Source: Chlamydiia bacterium
GTDB lineage: Bacteria > Chlamydiota > Chlamydiia > Chlamydiales > 2-12-FULL-49-11
Length of the DNA stretch: 41,813 bases
Direction: 5' to 3'
Assembly (NCBI GenBank): GCA_044359535.1
Contig: JBIKLZ010000005.1
Coordinates: forward strand, 1 to 41,813
In this document: positions 20,076-29,037 of the stretch, piece after piece
Numbering within the stretch: the first letter of the stretch is position 1
Layout: every line of letters starts with the position of its first letter
Program-made: the position numbers and the translations under genes
Notes under the pieces: model-generated
What the model was told of the DNA's origin: nothing
Databases searched by the model: none
The model's input: the letters and a program-made list of their open reading frames with translations, nothing else

Positions 20076-20482
20076 TAGAAAAAATAGAAAGAAAGCACAT
20101 GAAAAGAACACTGCCTCAGTTTTCTGTGGGAGATCAAATCAAAGTGTACACAAAAATTGTGGAAGGTGAAAAAGAGAGGGTACAGGTCTATCAAGGGACT
20201 GTAGTTGCCCGCAAAGGAAAAGGGTCTGCTGAGACATTTACAGTAAGTCGTATTTCTTTTGGATATGCAAATGAAAAAGTGTTTCAACTTCATAGCCCAA
20301 ATATCAGCAATATTGAAGTGGTAAGTAAAGGGATTGTTCGAAGAGCAAAACTCAATTACTTAAGAGGTAAATTAGGTAGAGCTGCAAAAGTGACTATGCA
20401 AGTGGGTAAGCAAGTGAAAAATGAAGATCAAGTCTTTTATCAAGAAGAAAATCATCCTTCATCACAAGGATCTGCTGAATAG
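20063..20482 (+). CDS. rplS: 50S ribosomal protein L19
   Basis: GDQIKV..KIVEGEKERVQVYQG, TFTV, HSPNI, VRRAKLNYLR. Confidence 0.96.
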   Translation: MHSLVEKIERKHMKRTLPQFSVGDQIKVYTKIVEGEKERVQVYQGTVVARKGKGSAETFTVSRISFGYANEKVFQLHSPNISNIEVVSKGIVRRAKLNYLRGKLGRAAKVTMQVGKQVKNEDQVFYQEENHPSSQGSAE

Positions 20483-20528
20483 ATTTGTTTTTCTATACAT
20501 TTTTTGAATAAGAACATATAGTTGGTTC

Positions 20529-21086
20529 ATGAGTAAAGGTATCAATGATAGGATATATGTTATTTCGGCTCCATCAGCTGGGGGAAAGACAACCATTGTC
20601 CAAAGACTTGTCTCTTTGGTTCAGGGATTGAGCCGAGTGATTACTTGTACAACAAGAAAGAAGCGTGATGGTGAGATTCATGGTGTCGATTACAGGTTCT
20701 TATCAAAAATCGAGTTTAGGGAGCTTTTGCTTCAAGGGGCTTTTTTTGAACACTCTCAAGTCTATGGCAACATGTATGGGGTGTTAAAAAGTGACCTTGT
20801 TGTTCCAGGGAAAAAAATCATTTCTTTAGACAGTAAAGGGGTCAAAAAATTTAAAGAGTTAGGGGTAGAGGCAACTTATATTTTAATTATACCCCCAACA
20901 ATTGAGGAGTTAAAAAGACGTCTTTTACAGAGAAATTCAGAAGAGATAAAGGATATAGAAATACGACTTGCAGAAGCGGCAGTGGAAATAAGGCAGGCAA
21001 ATGATTTTGATTACGTCATCATAAACGATAACTTAGAAAAGGCAATTGCAGAGTGTGAGAAAATAATTATTGGAGAACCATCATGA
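20529..21086 (+). CDS. gmk: Guanylate kinase
   Basis: SAPSAGGKTT, TTRKKRDGEIHGVDYRF, YGNMYG, LKRRLLQR, FDYVIINDNL. Confidence 0.95.
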   Translation: MSKGINDRIYVISAPSAGGKTTIVQRLVSLVQGLSRVITCTTRKKRDGEIHGVDYRFLSKIEFRELLLQGAFFEHSQVYGNMYGVLKSDLVVPGKKIISLDSKGVKKFKELGVEATYILIIPPTIEELKRRLLQRNSEEIKDIEIRLAEAAVEIRQANDFDYVIINDNLEKAIAECEKIIIGEPS

Positions 21087-21301
21087 AAAAACCAAAAAAA
21101 CTACTTACAAACGAACATTTATTAAAAGAATACCACAATAATTTTTCATTAGCAGAGGCAGCAATTGCCCTTGCTTATAGTGATTTAGAAAAAGATAAGG
21201 GGTTTTCTTTAAAAAGGGTGTTAGACGACGTCTCTTTATTAAAGAAAAAAGAGACCAGTATTGAAACCAAAGTAAAAATTGAACCGGCTTATGATAACTA
21301 A
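21083..21301 (+). CDS. rpoZ: RNA polymerase omega subunit, chlamydial type (divergent, short)
   Basis: gmk-X-metG synteny; LTNExL...FSL...I resembles the chlamydial omega N-terminus; ATGA overlap with gmk. Confidence 0.65.
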   Translation: MKKPKKLLTNEHLLKEYHNNFSLAEAAIALAYSDLEKDKGFSLKRVLDDVSLLKKKETSIETKVKIEPAYDN

Positions 21302-22991
21302 GAGTGTGAAAGAAAGAGTTTTGATCACCTCTGCATTATTATATGCCAATGGTAAACTGCACTTTGGCCATTTGGCAGGGGCATTTTTACCAGCCGATAT
21401 TTATGCAAGGTATAAGAGAATGAAAGGGGCTGATGTCCTTTTTATCTCAGGGTCAGATGAGTATGGAATAGCCATCACAATGTCTGCTGAAATTGAGAAA
21501 AGGGAGCCTAAAGAGCAAGTAGACTACTATCATGAGGTAAATAAAGCCCTATTTAAAAGGATGAATATTTCTTTTGATCATTACAGTCGGACAACTGATA
21601 AAGAGCATGAGCCCATTGTTCAGCAATTTTTTCTCGATCTTTTAAATAATGGGTATATTGAGGAAAAAAGTTCATTTCGTCTTTACTCTAAAAATGAAGA
21701 CAAGTTTCTTGCCGATCGTTATGTCATGGGGATATGTCCAAAATGTGGCTATCATGAGGCTCGAGGGGATGAGTGTCCTAAATGTGGGGGGAATTTTGAA
21801 GCAGAAGATCTTTTAAACCCTGTTTCAAAAATGACAGGGGATCCATTAGAGCTAAAAAGCACTGCCCATTTTTTCTTAAGATGTGATCTTTTCAAAGAAA
21901 AGCTTTTTTCTTGGCTTGAAACAAAGGATTGGAAGGCAAGTGTGATTCATTTCATAAAGCCCTATATTGAGGATTTAAAACCTAGGGCAATTACAAGAGA
22001 TATGAAATGGGGAGTAAAACTTCCCTTAGAAGGGAAAGAGGATAAGGTCTTTTATGTATGGTTTGATGCTCCTATTGGCTATTTAACTGCTGTTAAGCAA
22101 TGGGGCGATCTCCATGGGAAAAAGGATGCAATAGATACCTACTATAAGCATCCAGATACCAAGATTGTTCAATTTATAGGTAAGGATAATATTGTTTTTC
22201 ATAGCGTGATTTTTCCATGTATGTGTATGGGGCAATCAAATCCAGTACAACTAGTAAGTGATCTTCCTGCAAATGAATTTTTGAACCTTGAGGGAAAACA
22301 GTTTAGTAAGTCAAATCATTGGACTATTGATTTGGAAGAATTTTTAGAAAAGTATAGTGTCGATGCATTGCGGTATACCCTTTCTGCAAATGCTCCTGAA
22401 ACAAGCGATAGTGAGTTTACATGGAAAGATTTTCAAAGAAGGGTCAATGGGGAACTGGTAGGAAAATTTGCAAATTTTGTCCATAGAACAGTAACATTTG
22501 TCTATAATAAGGGCGATCAAAAAATCCCTACACCCTCAAAGTATGACGAGTGTGATTCAACCTTTTTTGATGAAATGAATCTAAAAATTCAGCAAGTAGC
22601 TCAATCTTATGAAAAATATGGAGTTAGACACGCTACTCAATTGATTATGGAGCTAGCATCTTTATGCAATGCCTATTTTGATACAAAAAAACCATGGGTA
22701 TTACTCAAGAATAAAGAGACTTATAAAGAGCTTAACACCACACTTTATCTATCTTTGATGGGGGTAAAAGCCCTTGCTCTTGTAGCATATCCTATTCTTC
22801 CACAAACCGCTTTACATATTTGGAAGATGCTAAATGTCGAAGAGAAACTAGAGAATATTCATTGGGATGAGGCTAAAAATCTCCAACTTACACCTGGAGT
22901 AAGGATAGAAAAACCTGAGATTCTATTTGAAAAAATTGAAGATGAAACTATAGAAAAAGAAATCTCAAAGTTAGTTGCCTACACACAATGA
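21291..22991 (+). CDS. metG: Methionine--tRNA ligase
   Basis: YANGKLHFGH (HIGH), SGSDEYG, CPKC..CPKC zinc knuckle, YVWFDA, FIGKDN, FSKS; exact start uncertain. Confidence 0.97.
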   Translation: MITKSVKERVLITSALLYANGKLHFGHLAGAFLPADIYARYKRMKGADVLFISGSDEYGIAITMSAEIEKREPKEQVDYYHEVNKALFKRMNISFDHYSRTTDKEHEPIVQQFFLDLLNNGYIEEKSSFRLYSKNEDKFLADRYVMGICPKCGYHEARGDECPKCGGNFEAEDLLNPVSKMTGDPLELKSTAHFFLRCDLFKEKLFSWLETKDWKASVIHFIKPYIEDLKPRAITRDMKWGVKLPLEGKEDKVFYVWFDAPIGYLTAVKQWGDLHGKKDAIDTYYKHPDTKIVQFIGKDNIVFHSVIFPCMCMGQSNPVQLVSDLPANEFLNLEGKQFSKSNHWTIDLEEFLEKYSVDALRYTLSANAPETSDSEFTWKDFQRRVNGELVGKFANFVHRTVTFVYNKGDQKIPTPSKYDECDSTFFDEMNLKIQQVAQSYEKYGVRHATQLIMELASLCNAYFDTKKPWVLLKNKETYKELNTTLYLSLMGVKALALVAYPILPQTALHIWKMLNVEEKLENIHWDEAKNLQLTPGVRIEKPEILFEKIEDETIEKEISKLVAYTQ

Positions 22992-23183
22992 CCTCCATTT
23001 TCTGTTAAAAAAAAGTTCTTTTTTATTAAAAAAAGCAACAACCTTAACAACAGAATGTTATAAAAATTCTCTTTTTTTAAAAAAAATATTAATTCATAAA
23101 TTATTTATTATTAATCAAATAGAGGTTCTATTCTTTTTTGCTACATGTTGCTGCTAAGTTACTAGTGTATTAAAATAATAATT

Positions 23184-23219
23184 ATGCTAAATTACAATTA
23201 AGTTTTGTTTAATAATAAT
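23184..23219 (+). promoter_or_regulatory. Upstream motif copy 1 (shared with 30746..30782)
   Basis: ATGCTAAATTACAATT-AAGTTT-TGTTTAATAATAAT; includes a TACAAT -10-like hexamer. Confidence 0.5.
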
Positions 23220-23234
23220 AGTTGGAAAGTAATT

Positions 23235-23765
23235 ATGCAGTTGTTCTTATCATATTCTGGGGTAACATCAACAACCGGACATGTGGAAAAAAAGTTTATT
23301 TATAGAAGGTATTTTCGAAAACAATTGAAAGAGTTAGAGCGACATTTAATAGAAAGACAGTGTCCCTCTAGTTTAAATTTCAAACAAGAGTGTGCAAAAA
23401 AGGTGGGGGACTTTGTTTTTCTTCCACTTGTAACAAATAAGTGCAATAAGGTGATTGATTTTAATTTCACTTTTTTAAGTCATTTTGAACCTGGAAATGG
23501 CCTTGCCTTTCCTACAGGGGATACAGACAACCATTTAAAAGCCCTTTTAGATGGATTAAGGATGCCTAATACAAAAAATGAAATTCGTACAGAAAAGCCA
23601 ACAGAGGATGAAAAAATTTTTCATACTCTGATGGAAGATGATGGAATTGTGCGAAAGATCACCATTGAGCATCAAAAATTACTCTTTGATTCAGGGGCGA
23701 AAAAGCCTGATTTAAAGGAAGTGTTTGTTTTGATTGAAGCAAATATTCTCCCAAAATATGCATAA
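23235..23765 (+). CDS. RusA-like endodeoxyribonuclease-fold protein
   Basis: GDTDNHLKALLDGL...EDDGIV matches the RusA DxDNxxKxxxDxL...DD pattern. Confidence 0.65.
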   Translation: MQLFLSYSGVTSTTGHVEKKFIYRRYFRKQLKELERHLIERQCPSSLNFKQECAKKVGDFVFLPLVTNKCNKVIDFNFTFLSHFEPGNGLAFPTGDTDNHLKALLDGLRMPNTKNEIRTEKPTEDEKIFHTLMEDDGIVRKITIEHQKLLFDSGAKKPDLKEVFVLIEANILPKYA

Positions 23766-23806
23766 ACTATTGATGGATTAATAGACTCAGATTATTCTTC
23801 TATTCT

Positions 23807-24337
23807 ATGAATATTGAGGATCTTTTAGAAAACAGTGGATTTGAAAAGGATCAACCCCCCCTTCCTAAAGGGGGGATTCCAAGGCAGTACCTCCCTTTTT
23901 GGATAAGGTGGCCTATTCGAGCCCTTATTTTACCGTTTATTTGGCTTGATTTATTCTGTCAGAACGTCGCAAAAATGATTGTCCCTCCACCGTTTGTCAA
24001 AGCTGGAAAATGTAAGAAGAGGGGAAATTGCTGTCATTATATTTTGATTCAAAAGGTGAAGGGGGGGTTTGGTTTTTTAGATCTATTTTGGCATACAGAA
24101 GTGAATGGATTTTATAAAAGACATAAAGATCCAGTTCCCCATGGAAATAGGGAAGTCTACGTTATGGGGTGCCGGTATTTACAAAAAAATGGAAGTTGTG
24201 GAAAGTATTTTTTTAGACCTTCGGTGTGTAGAACATGGCCAAGAATTGAGATTTTTGGGGCCCCAGAGATGTTAAAGGGGTGTGGAATTTATGCAAAAGA
24301 GCGCAAGTCTCATCCTTTATCCATAATTAAAGAGTAA
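23807..24337 (+). CDS. YkgJ-family cysteine cluster protein
   Basis: CKKRGNCC...CRYLQKNGSCGKYFFRPSVCRTWP...GCG. Confidence 0.7.
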   Translation: MNIEDLLENSGFEKDQPPLPKGGIPRQYLPFWIRWPIRALILPFIWLDLFCQNVAKMIVPPPFVKAGKCKKRGNCCHYILIQKVKGGFGFLDLFWHTEVNGFYKRHKDPVPHGNREVYVMGCRYLQKNGSCGKYFFRPSVCRTWPRIEIFGAPEMLKGCGIYAKERKSHPLSIIKE

Positions 24338-24353
24338 ATCTTAGTTGAAGATT

Positions 24354-24944
24354 TTAAAGGGGCTTACTGTCTCCAGACTTTCCCCCTGTAGCCATAAAGC
24401 GTAACCCTTTTTCGACAGTCATATCTACTGGGGTCACAAGGGATTTTGGAACAATGGCTGTGATTCCTCCAATTTGATAACTAAAAGGAAAAAACACCAC
24501 AATATCTTGGTTTGTTCCCACCCCTTTTGGGAGGTCTTCAAAAGAGTTGCGCGTCACAAGCCCTATCATCTTTATCCCTGAAATAGTGACAGAAACCACT
24601 TTATTATGTTTAGTTTTATCACCAGCATCAAAAAAACTCATTAGGTCGGTGACAGAGATATAAATCGTTTTTAGGAGAGGTATCCTTTTTAAAAGGTTTT
24701 CAAATTTTTGATAAATATACTCAATAAACCAATAGTTAAGAAGCAAGCCGAGTAAAAATAAGGTGATGATGGCTATAATGATTCCAAGACCTGGAAAATA
24801 GATCTTTGGAAAAAAATAGGCAATGGGAGCTCCAAAAATAAATTCTAAGTGGTTGTACAACCAAATAAGTAAAATGATTGTGATAGCAAGGGGAGCAATC
24901 CCTAAAAAGCCCCGTAATAGTATTTTTCCCATAGTTCTTTTCAT
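24354..24944 (-). CDS. DUF502 family membrane protein
   Basis: GFLGIAPLAITI, PGLG, LLKRIPLLKTIY, GLVT, VFFP, DMTVEKGLRFMATGG. Confidence 0.85.
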   Translation of the reverse strand: MKRTMGKILLRGFLGIAPLAITIILLIWLYNHLEFIFGAPIAYFFPKIYFPGLGIIIAIITLFLLGLLLNYWFIEYIYQKFENLLKRIPLLKTIYISVTDLMSFFDAGDKTKHNKVVSVTISGIKMIGLVTRNSFEDLPKGVGTNQDIVVFFPFSYQIGGITAIVPKSLVTPVDMTVEKGLRFMATGGKSGDSKPL

Positions 24945-24976
24945 ACCATAGTTAGAATTTAAGGAAACATTTTTTC

Positions 24977-25005
24977 TTGCATAATCGTTTTTCTTTCGAT
25001 AAAAT
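24977..25005 (+). promoter_or_regulatory. sigma70/sigma66-type promoter
   Basis: TTGCAT (24977-24982), 17-bp spacer, TAAAAT (25000-25005). Confidence 0.6.
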
Positions 25006-25029
25006 CAAAAAAACGATTATGGAGGGGAT

Positions 25030-25194
25030 GTGGAAATTCAACCTAAATCTCAAGGGCCTTATAACTATTTTCCTAATGGAAGACAACCCCCACAAAGAAA
25101 AAGGACATCTTTGGAAGGGGTTCAAAGACCTGAAGAAAAGAAGTTACATGATAGAATTAAAGAGAGTTTACCCCCCATTTTTAAGAAGGGATAA
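25030..25194 (+). CDS. Small hypothetical protein, 54 aa (not in ORF track)
   Basis: GGAGG at 25021-25025, GTG start, MEIQPKSQGPYNYFPNGRQPPQRKRTSLEGVQRPEEKKLHDRIKESLPPIFKKG, TAA; fills the gap between DUF502 and pgl. Confidence 0.5.
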   Translation: MEIQPKSQGPYNYFPNGRQPPQRKRTSLEGVQRPEEKKLHDRIKESLPPIFKKG

Positions 25195-25933
25195 AAAGAT
25201 CTTTTGCAGCATTTTTATCTAAAACCCAGAGCACTTTGTTATGGTCAGAGGTGACAGAAGCTGCGGGGTATTTTGTTTTCTTGTCGCTAAAAACCTCTTT
25301 AACCATGTGAGATTTATCTAGACCTGTAGCAAGAAATAGAATATGCTTTCCCTTCCTTAGAAGGGGGAAGGTAAAGGTCATTCTCATTGTATTTTTTTGG
25401 GGGACAAAATTATGCACAACAAGGTGTATCTCTTCCTTCAAAGCTAATGTGTTTGGAAATAATGAAGCGGTATGTCCATCATCTCCCATCCCAAGGAGGA
25501 TGAGGTCAAAGGACTGATCGGGGACATATTTTTTGATGAGCTGAGCATAGATAAGGGCATTTTCTTCAATATGTTCTTCAGCTTTCATCCTAAAAATGTG
25601 AGAAGGGGGGATAGGAAGAGAAGAAAATCCAGCATCCATGGCACTTTTATAATTGCTTTCACTATCGGTTTGAGGAACAGATCTTTCATCACTAAAAAAG
25701 ACAAAGACTTTGTTCCAATCCAAGGCATCTTTACATTGTTTGAGTTTGTTATATAATGCTTTAGGGGTAGACCCTCCAGAGAGAGCGACACTAAATTGAC
25801 CCCGTTTAAGGATCGATTGTTGTCCCACTTTTAAAAAATAGTCCAAGGCAAAAGCTACAGGATCATCGACAATAGCTATTTCTTTTGTGGAATCAAAGGG
25901 GTGGATCATCAGTAAATCACCCCTGTTTTCCAT
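25181..25933 (-). CDS. pgl: 6-phosphogluconolactonase
   Basis: ALSGGSTP, FFSDERSVP, SNY, DLILLGMGDDGHTASLFP, RMTFT; start may be 25909. Confidence 0.95.
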   Translation of the reverse strand: MENRGDLLMIHPFDSTKEIAIVDDPVAFALDYFLKVGQQSILKRGQFSVALSGGSTPKALYNKLKQCKDALDWNKVFVFFSDERSVPQTDSESNYKSAMDAGFSSLPIPPSHIFRMKAEEHIEENALIYAQLIKKYVPDQSFDLILLGMGDDGHTASLFPNTLALKEEIHLVVHNFVPQKNTMRMTFTFPLLRKGKHILFLATGLDKSHMVKEVFSDKKTKYPAASVTSDHNKVLWVLDKNAAKDLFIPS

Positions 25934-27006
25934 GTTGAGAGCAATTCAATGACAGCTAGAAAATCTTTGCTTGTCCCTTGAGAGTAAATTTCATGAACAA
26001 TAGAAGAACCTGTCCCTTCTTTGCTTACTTGATAAAGAAGAGGAATTTGGCACGTAGATTCACAGCTATGGCAGATTTTAATGATGTGAGCAGATGTATC
26101 ATCTCTTATTAAGCTTGTTTCTTCCTTTGCATTTTTTATCACAACAGAGATAATCCCTCCAGGGCGAAGGCTCTTTTTTTTGTCACAATCTTTTATATAT
26201 ACTTTATGAGTGCCATAGGAAGATTGATAAGAGAATATGAGGGTATTTTTATCACAAGCAACCCCTTGAAACGTCCATGATAATTTTGTTGCAAGCCACC
26301 CTTGAAAGTAGGTTGCTTGAATTTTATTGTGATGGAACGAAGCAGTTTCATGGGAATTATAAGAAATAGTCAATTCAGTGCATGTAATAAGGGTGCGGAG
26401 CTTTTCTTTGTTTGAATAGACTTTACTAATCAAATCTCTAAAAGGGGAGAACCTTGCCCAATTTAAGTCACCCACATCGGTGTTTTCAGTATGAAGCGAT
26501 TTTATATAGGTGGCAAAAAGACTCATTTCACTGACGCACTCTGAATCAAAAATAATCCTTAAAGGGAGTTTATCTAACCCAAGGGATGTGGGTGTGTCTC
26601 CTAATGAAGGGTCTTTAGCAAACAAAAGGTAAATAGGAAGATCTGGGATAACATGGGGGGTAATTAATGAAGAAATGCGCTCTTTATAACTTGTACTTAC
26701 GTTAAAATGGATAAATTCACAAAAAAAACCCTCGTCATTGCCCTCTGGTTTTAACGCTGAAACCTCTGTGAGTATAAAATCTCCCTTTTGGATAGATTCT
26801 TTAATAAAGATAATTCTACAAGGAAATTTTTTGATTAACGACTTAGATAAGTCAGTAAGGTATTCTTCTCGATTTCCCTCTTGAGTAAAAATAATTAGGG
26901 TAAAAAGAGAGGCTTTGACTACATTTGCCTTTTTTTCCTTTTCATAGAGCCTTGCTAAAGTACTTTCAATTTCAGAAGGTTTGATAAAGGTCACATCATT
27001 TTCCAT
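25909..27006 (-). CDS. opcA: Glucose-6-phosphate dehydrogenase assembly protein OpcA
   Basis: Lies between zwf and pgl; FPCRII, PDLPIYL, IFDS, DLNWAR.SPFR, GWLATKLSW. Confidence 0.85.
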   Translation of the reverse strand: MENDVTFIKPSEIESTLARLYEKEKKANVVKASLFTLIIFTQEGNREEYLTDLSKSLIKKFPCRIIFIKESIQKGDFILTEVSALKPEGNDEGFFCEFIHFNVSTSYKERISSLITPHVIPDLPIYLLFAKDPSLGDTPTSLGLDKLPLRIIFDSECVSEMSLFATYIKSLHTENTDVGDLNWARFSPFRDLISKVYSNKEKLRTLITCTELTISYNSHETASFHHNKIQATYFQGWLATKLSWTFQGVACDKNTLIFSYQSSYGTHKVYIKDCDKKKSLRPGGIISVVIKNAKEETSLIRDDTSAHIIKICHSCESTCQIPLLYQVSKEGTGSSIVHEIYSQGTSKDFLAVIELLSTWKTGVIY

Positions 27007-28547
27007 GAACGATGTTCTCCTTTAAGTAATTTTTCTGAACGGATAGGGCCCCATGTTCCTGCTGAATAAAATTCCTCTTCTGTCAAAGGGGTGTGCTTCC
27101 ATTGTTCTAAAATAGGGGTGATAAATTCCCAAGAATGCAACGATTCATCCACTCGGGCAAATAGGGTATTGTCCCCCATAATACAATCATGGATCAGTCT
27201 TTCATAGGCTTCAGGAACAGCCCTTCCAAAAAAATTTTCATATTGGAAGTCCATGGTTACGGGTTGAATGAGATTAGATGTCCCTGGTACTTTGCTGTTA
27301 CAACGGACAGAAATCCCTTCATTGGGTTGAATTCTGAAAATAAAACAGTTTGGAGTATTGGATCGATTTTCTTTATTAAAAAGGATTCCTGGCGGTCTTT
27401 TAAACATCACACAGACTTCAGTCGACCTTTTAGGGAGTCTTTTTCCTGCTCGAATGTAAATAGGGACCCCTGCCCAACGCCAATTATCAATAGATAGTTG
27501 CATTGCTGAAAAAGTTTCTACGTTAGAGTGGGGATCGACATCTTTTTCGCCTCTATAACTGAGTACTTTTTCTCCATCAATAAAGCCTTCTTTATATTGG
27601 CCTCGCACTGTGTAAAGATCGATATCGGAAGGACTATAGGGTCGAATGGCACTTAAAACTTTAACTTTTTCATCTCGTATACTATTTGGAGATAAGGAAC
27701 TAGGGGGTTCCATAGTGACAAGGGATAGGACTTGCATTAGATGATTTTGAATAATGTCTCTAACTAATCCAGCAGATTCATAAAAAGCCCCTCGAGATTC
27801 AATCCCGATACTTTCAGCAACGGTGATTTGAATATTGTCGACATAGCGGTTATTCCATAAACCTTCAAAAATCGCATTGCTAAATCGAAAGACAAGGAGG
27901 TTTTGAACCGTTTCTTTCCCTAAGTAATGATCAATTCTATAAATTTGATTTTCAGACAAATGGTCTGTCATCTCCTTTTGCAATTGTTTAGCTGACTTAA
28001 GATCTTGGCCAAAAGGCTTTTCAATAATCACCCTTGAAAAGTGATTGGAATCGTTTTCATCGTAGATAAGGTGATGCTGTTTAAGTTTTTCTGTGATAGG
28101 GCTAAAATAGGAGGGTTGTACTGAGAGGTAAAAAATACGATTGCCCATGGTTCCATATTTTTTATCTATATCAGAAAGAAAGGCTTGGAGTGTTTGATAC
28201 CCTAAATCATCATCAAAATTTGAGCCATGGTAAAACAGTTTTTCGGTAAAGACTTCGAGCTCTTTTTCATCAGCTTTAGAGCGGGAATGTTTTTTGATAT
28301 TTTCTTTCATTTCTAAACGAAACGCTTCATGAGTTTTTGCCCGCCTTGCAAAACCAACACAAATGAAATTTGAAGGCAAAAGACCCTCCTGCATTAAATT
28401 ATACAAAGCAGGGATAAGTTTTTTTCCGGTAAGATCACCGGATGCCCCAAATATCACAAGTATACAGGGGCTTGGAGTTTTTCTATTAGAGCTTTCTGCA
28501 AACATATCTTGTTGAAATTGATCTAGTTCTGTAATCATCTTTTTCAT
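26991..28547 (-). CDS. zwf: Glucose-6-phosphate 1-dehydrogenase
   Basis: FGASGDL, EKPFG, RIDHYLGKE, DIIQNHL, NWRWAGVP, PEAYERL. Confidence 0.98.
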   Translation of the reverse strand: MKKMITELDQFQQDMFAESSNRKTPSPCILVIFGASGDLTGKKLIPALYNLMQEGLLPSNFICVGFARRAKTHEAFRLEMKENIKKHSRSKADEKELEVFTEKLFYHGSNFDDDLGYQTLQAFLSDIDKKYGTMGNRIFYLSVQPSYFSPITEKLKQHHLIYDENDSNHFSRVIIEKPFGQDLKSAKQLQKEMTDHLSENQIYRIDHYLGKETVQNLLVFRFSNAIFEGLWNNRYVDNIQITVAESIGIESRGAFYESAGLVRDIIQNHLMQVLSLVTMEPPSSLSPNSIRDEKVKVLSAIRPYSPSDIDLYTVRGQYKEGFIDGEKVLSYRGEKDVDPHSNVETFSAMQLSIDNWRWAGVPIYIRAGKRLPKRSTEVCVMFKRPPGILFNKENRSNTPNCFIFRIQPNEGISVRCNSKVPGTSNLIQPVTMDFQYENFFGRAVPEAYERLIHDCIMGDNTLFARVDESLHSWEFITPILEQWKHTPLTEEEFYSAGTWGPIRSEKLLKGEHRSWKMM

Positions 28548-28614
28548 CTCCTTAATATATCACACAGGGTGCTCTTCTTCTAGTTATATGTTGAAAATTA
28601 TTTTAGAACAAGAA

Positions 28615-29037
28615 TTAGAAATAGGAGAGGAAATCTTTTAGAATCAGTTGAGCAGAAAGGCTGTCTTTGTGGGGAATTCTATCTTTACGATTAAATCCAA
28701 GTTCTTTTAAAAGATCCTCAGATTGTTCTGAAGTGAGCCTTTCATCAATGTAGTGAACAGGTTTTCCTGTGTATTGCTCCAAAACTTGTTTAAAAAGCTC
28801 TACTCTATGAGTCATTGCACTTGGTTTTCCATCTAAGTAGAGGGGGTGGCCTAAGACAAATCTGTCTATAGGCTCTTTAAAACTTTCGATAATGGCTTTA
28901 ACCGAATCAAGATCGTTTTTTCCTGCTTCTATAGTTTTACTTGGGATTGCAAAACTCACCCCTTTATTAGAAATAGCAAGACCAATGCGTTTTAAACCAA
29001 AATCAATGCCTACAATACATTCATTTGACAAGTCCAC
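28615..29037 (-). CDS. ruvX: Holliday junction resolvase-like / pre-16S rRNA nuclease RuvX (YqgF)
   Basis: GIDFGLKRIGLAIS, VLGHP, DERLTS, DSLSAQLIL; GTG start at 29037 with AAGGGAG RBS. Confidence 0.92.
   Translation of the reverse strand: MDLSNECIVGIDFGLKRIGLAISNKGVSFAIPSKTIEAGKNDLDSVKAIIESFKEPIDRFVLGHPLYLDGKPSAMTHRVELFKQVLEQYTGKPVHYIDERLTSEQSEDLLKELGFNRKDRIPHKDSLSAQLILKDFLSYF

Noticed and set aside
22975-23157. 60-aa ORF after metG
   Set aside because: Low-complexity AT-rich intergenic DNA, no RBS, K/F/L-biased translation
24977-25222. 81-aa ORF in the track
   Set aside because: Its TTG start is the -35 box of a good promoter and it overlaps pgl by 42 bp. The GTG frame at 25030 is better supported, though this frame is not fully excluded
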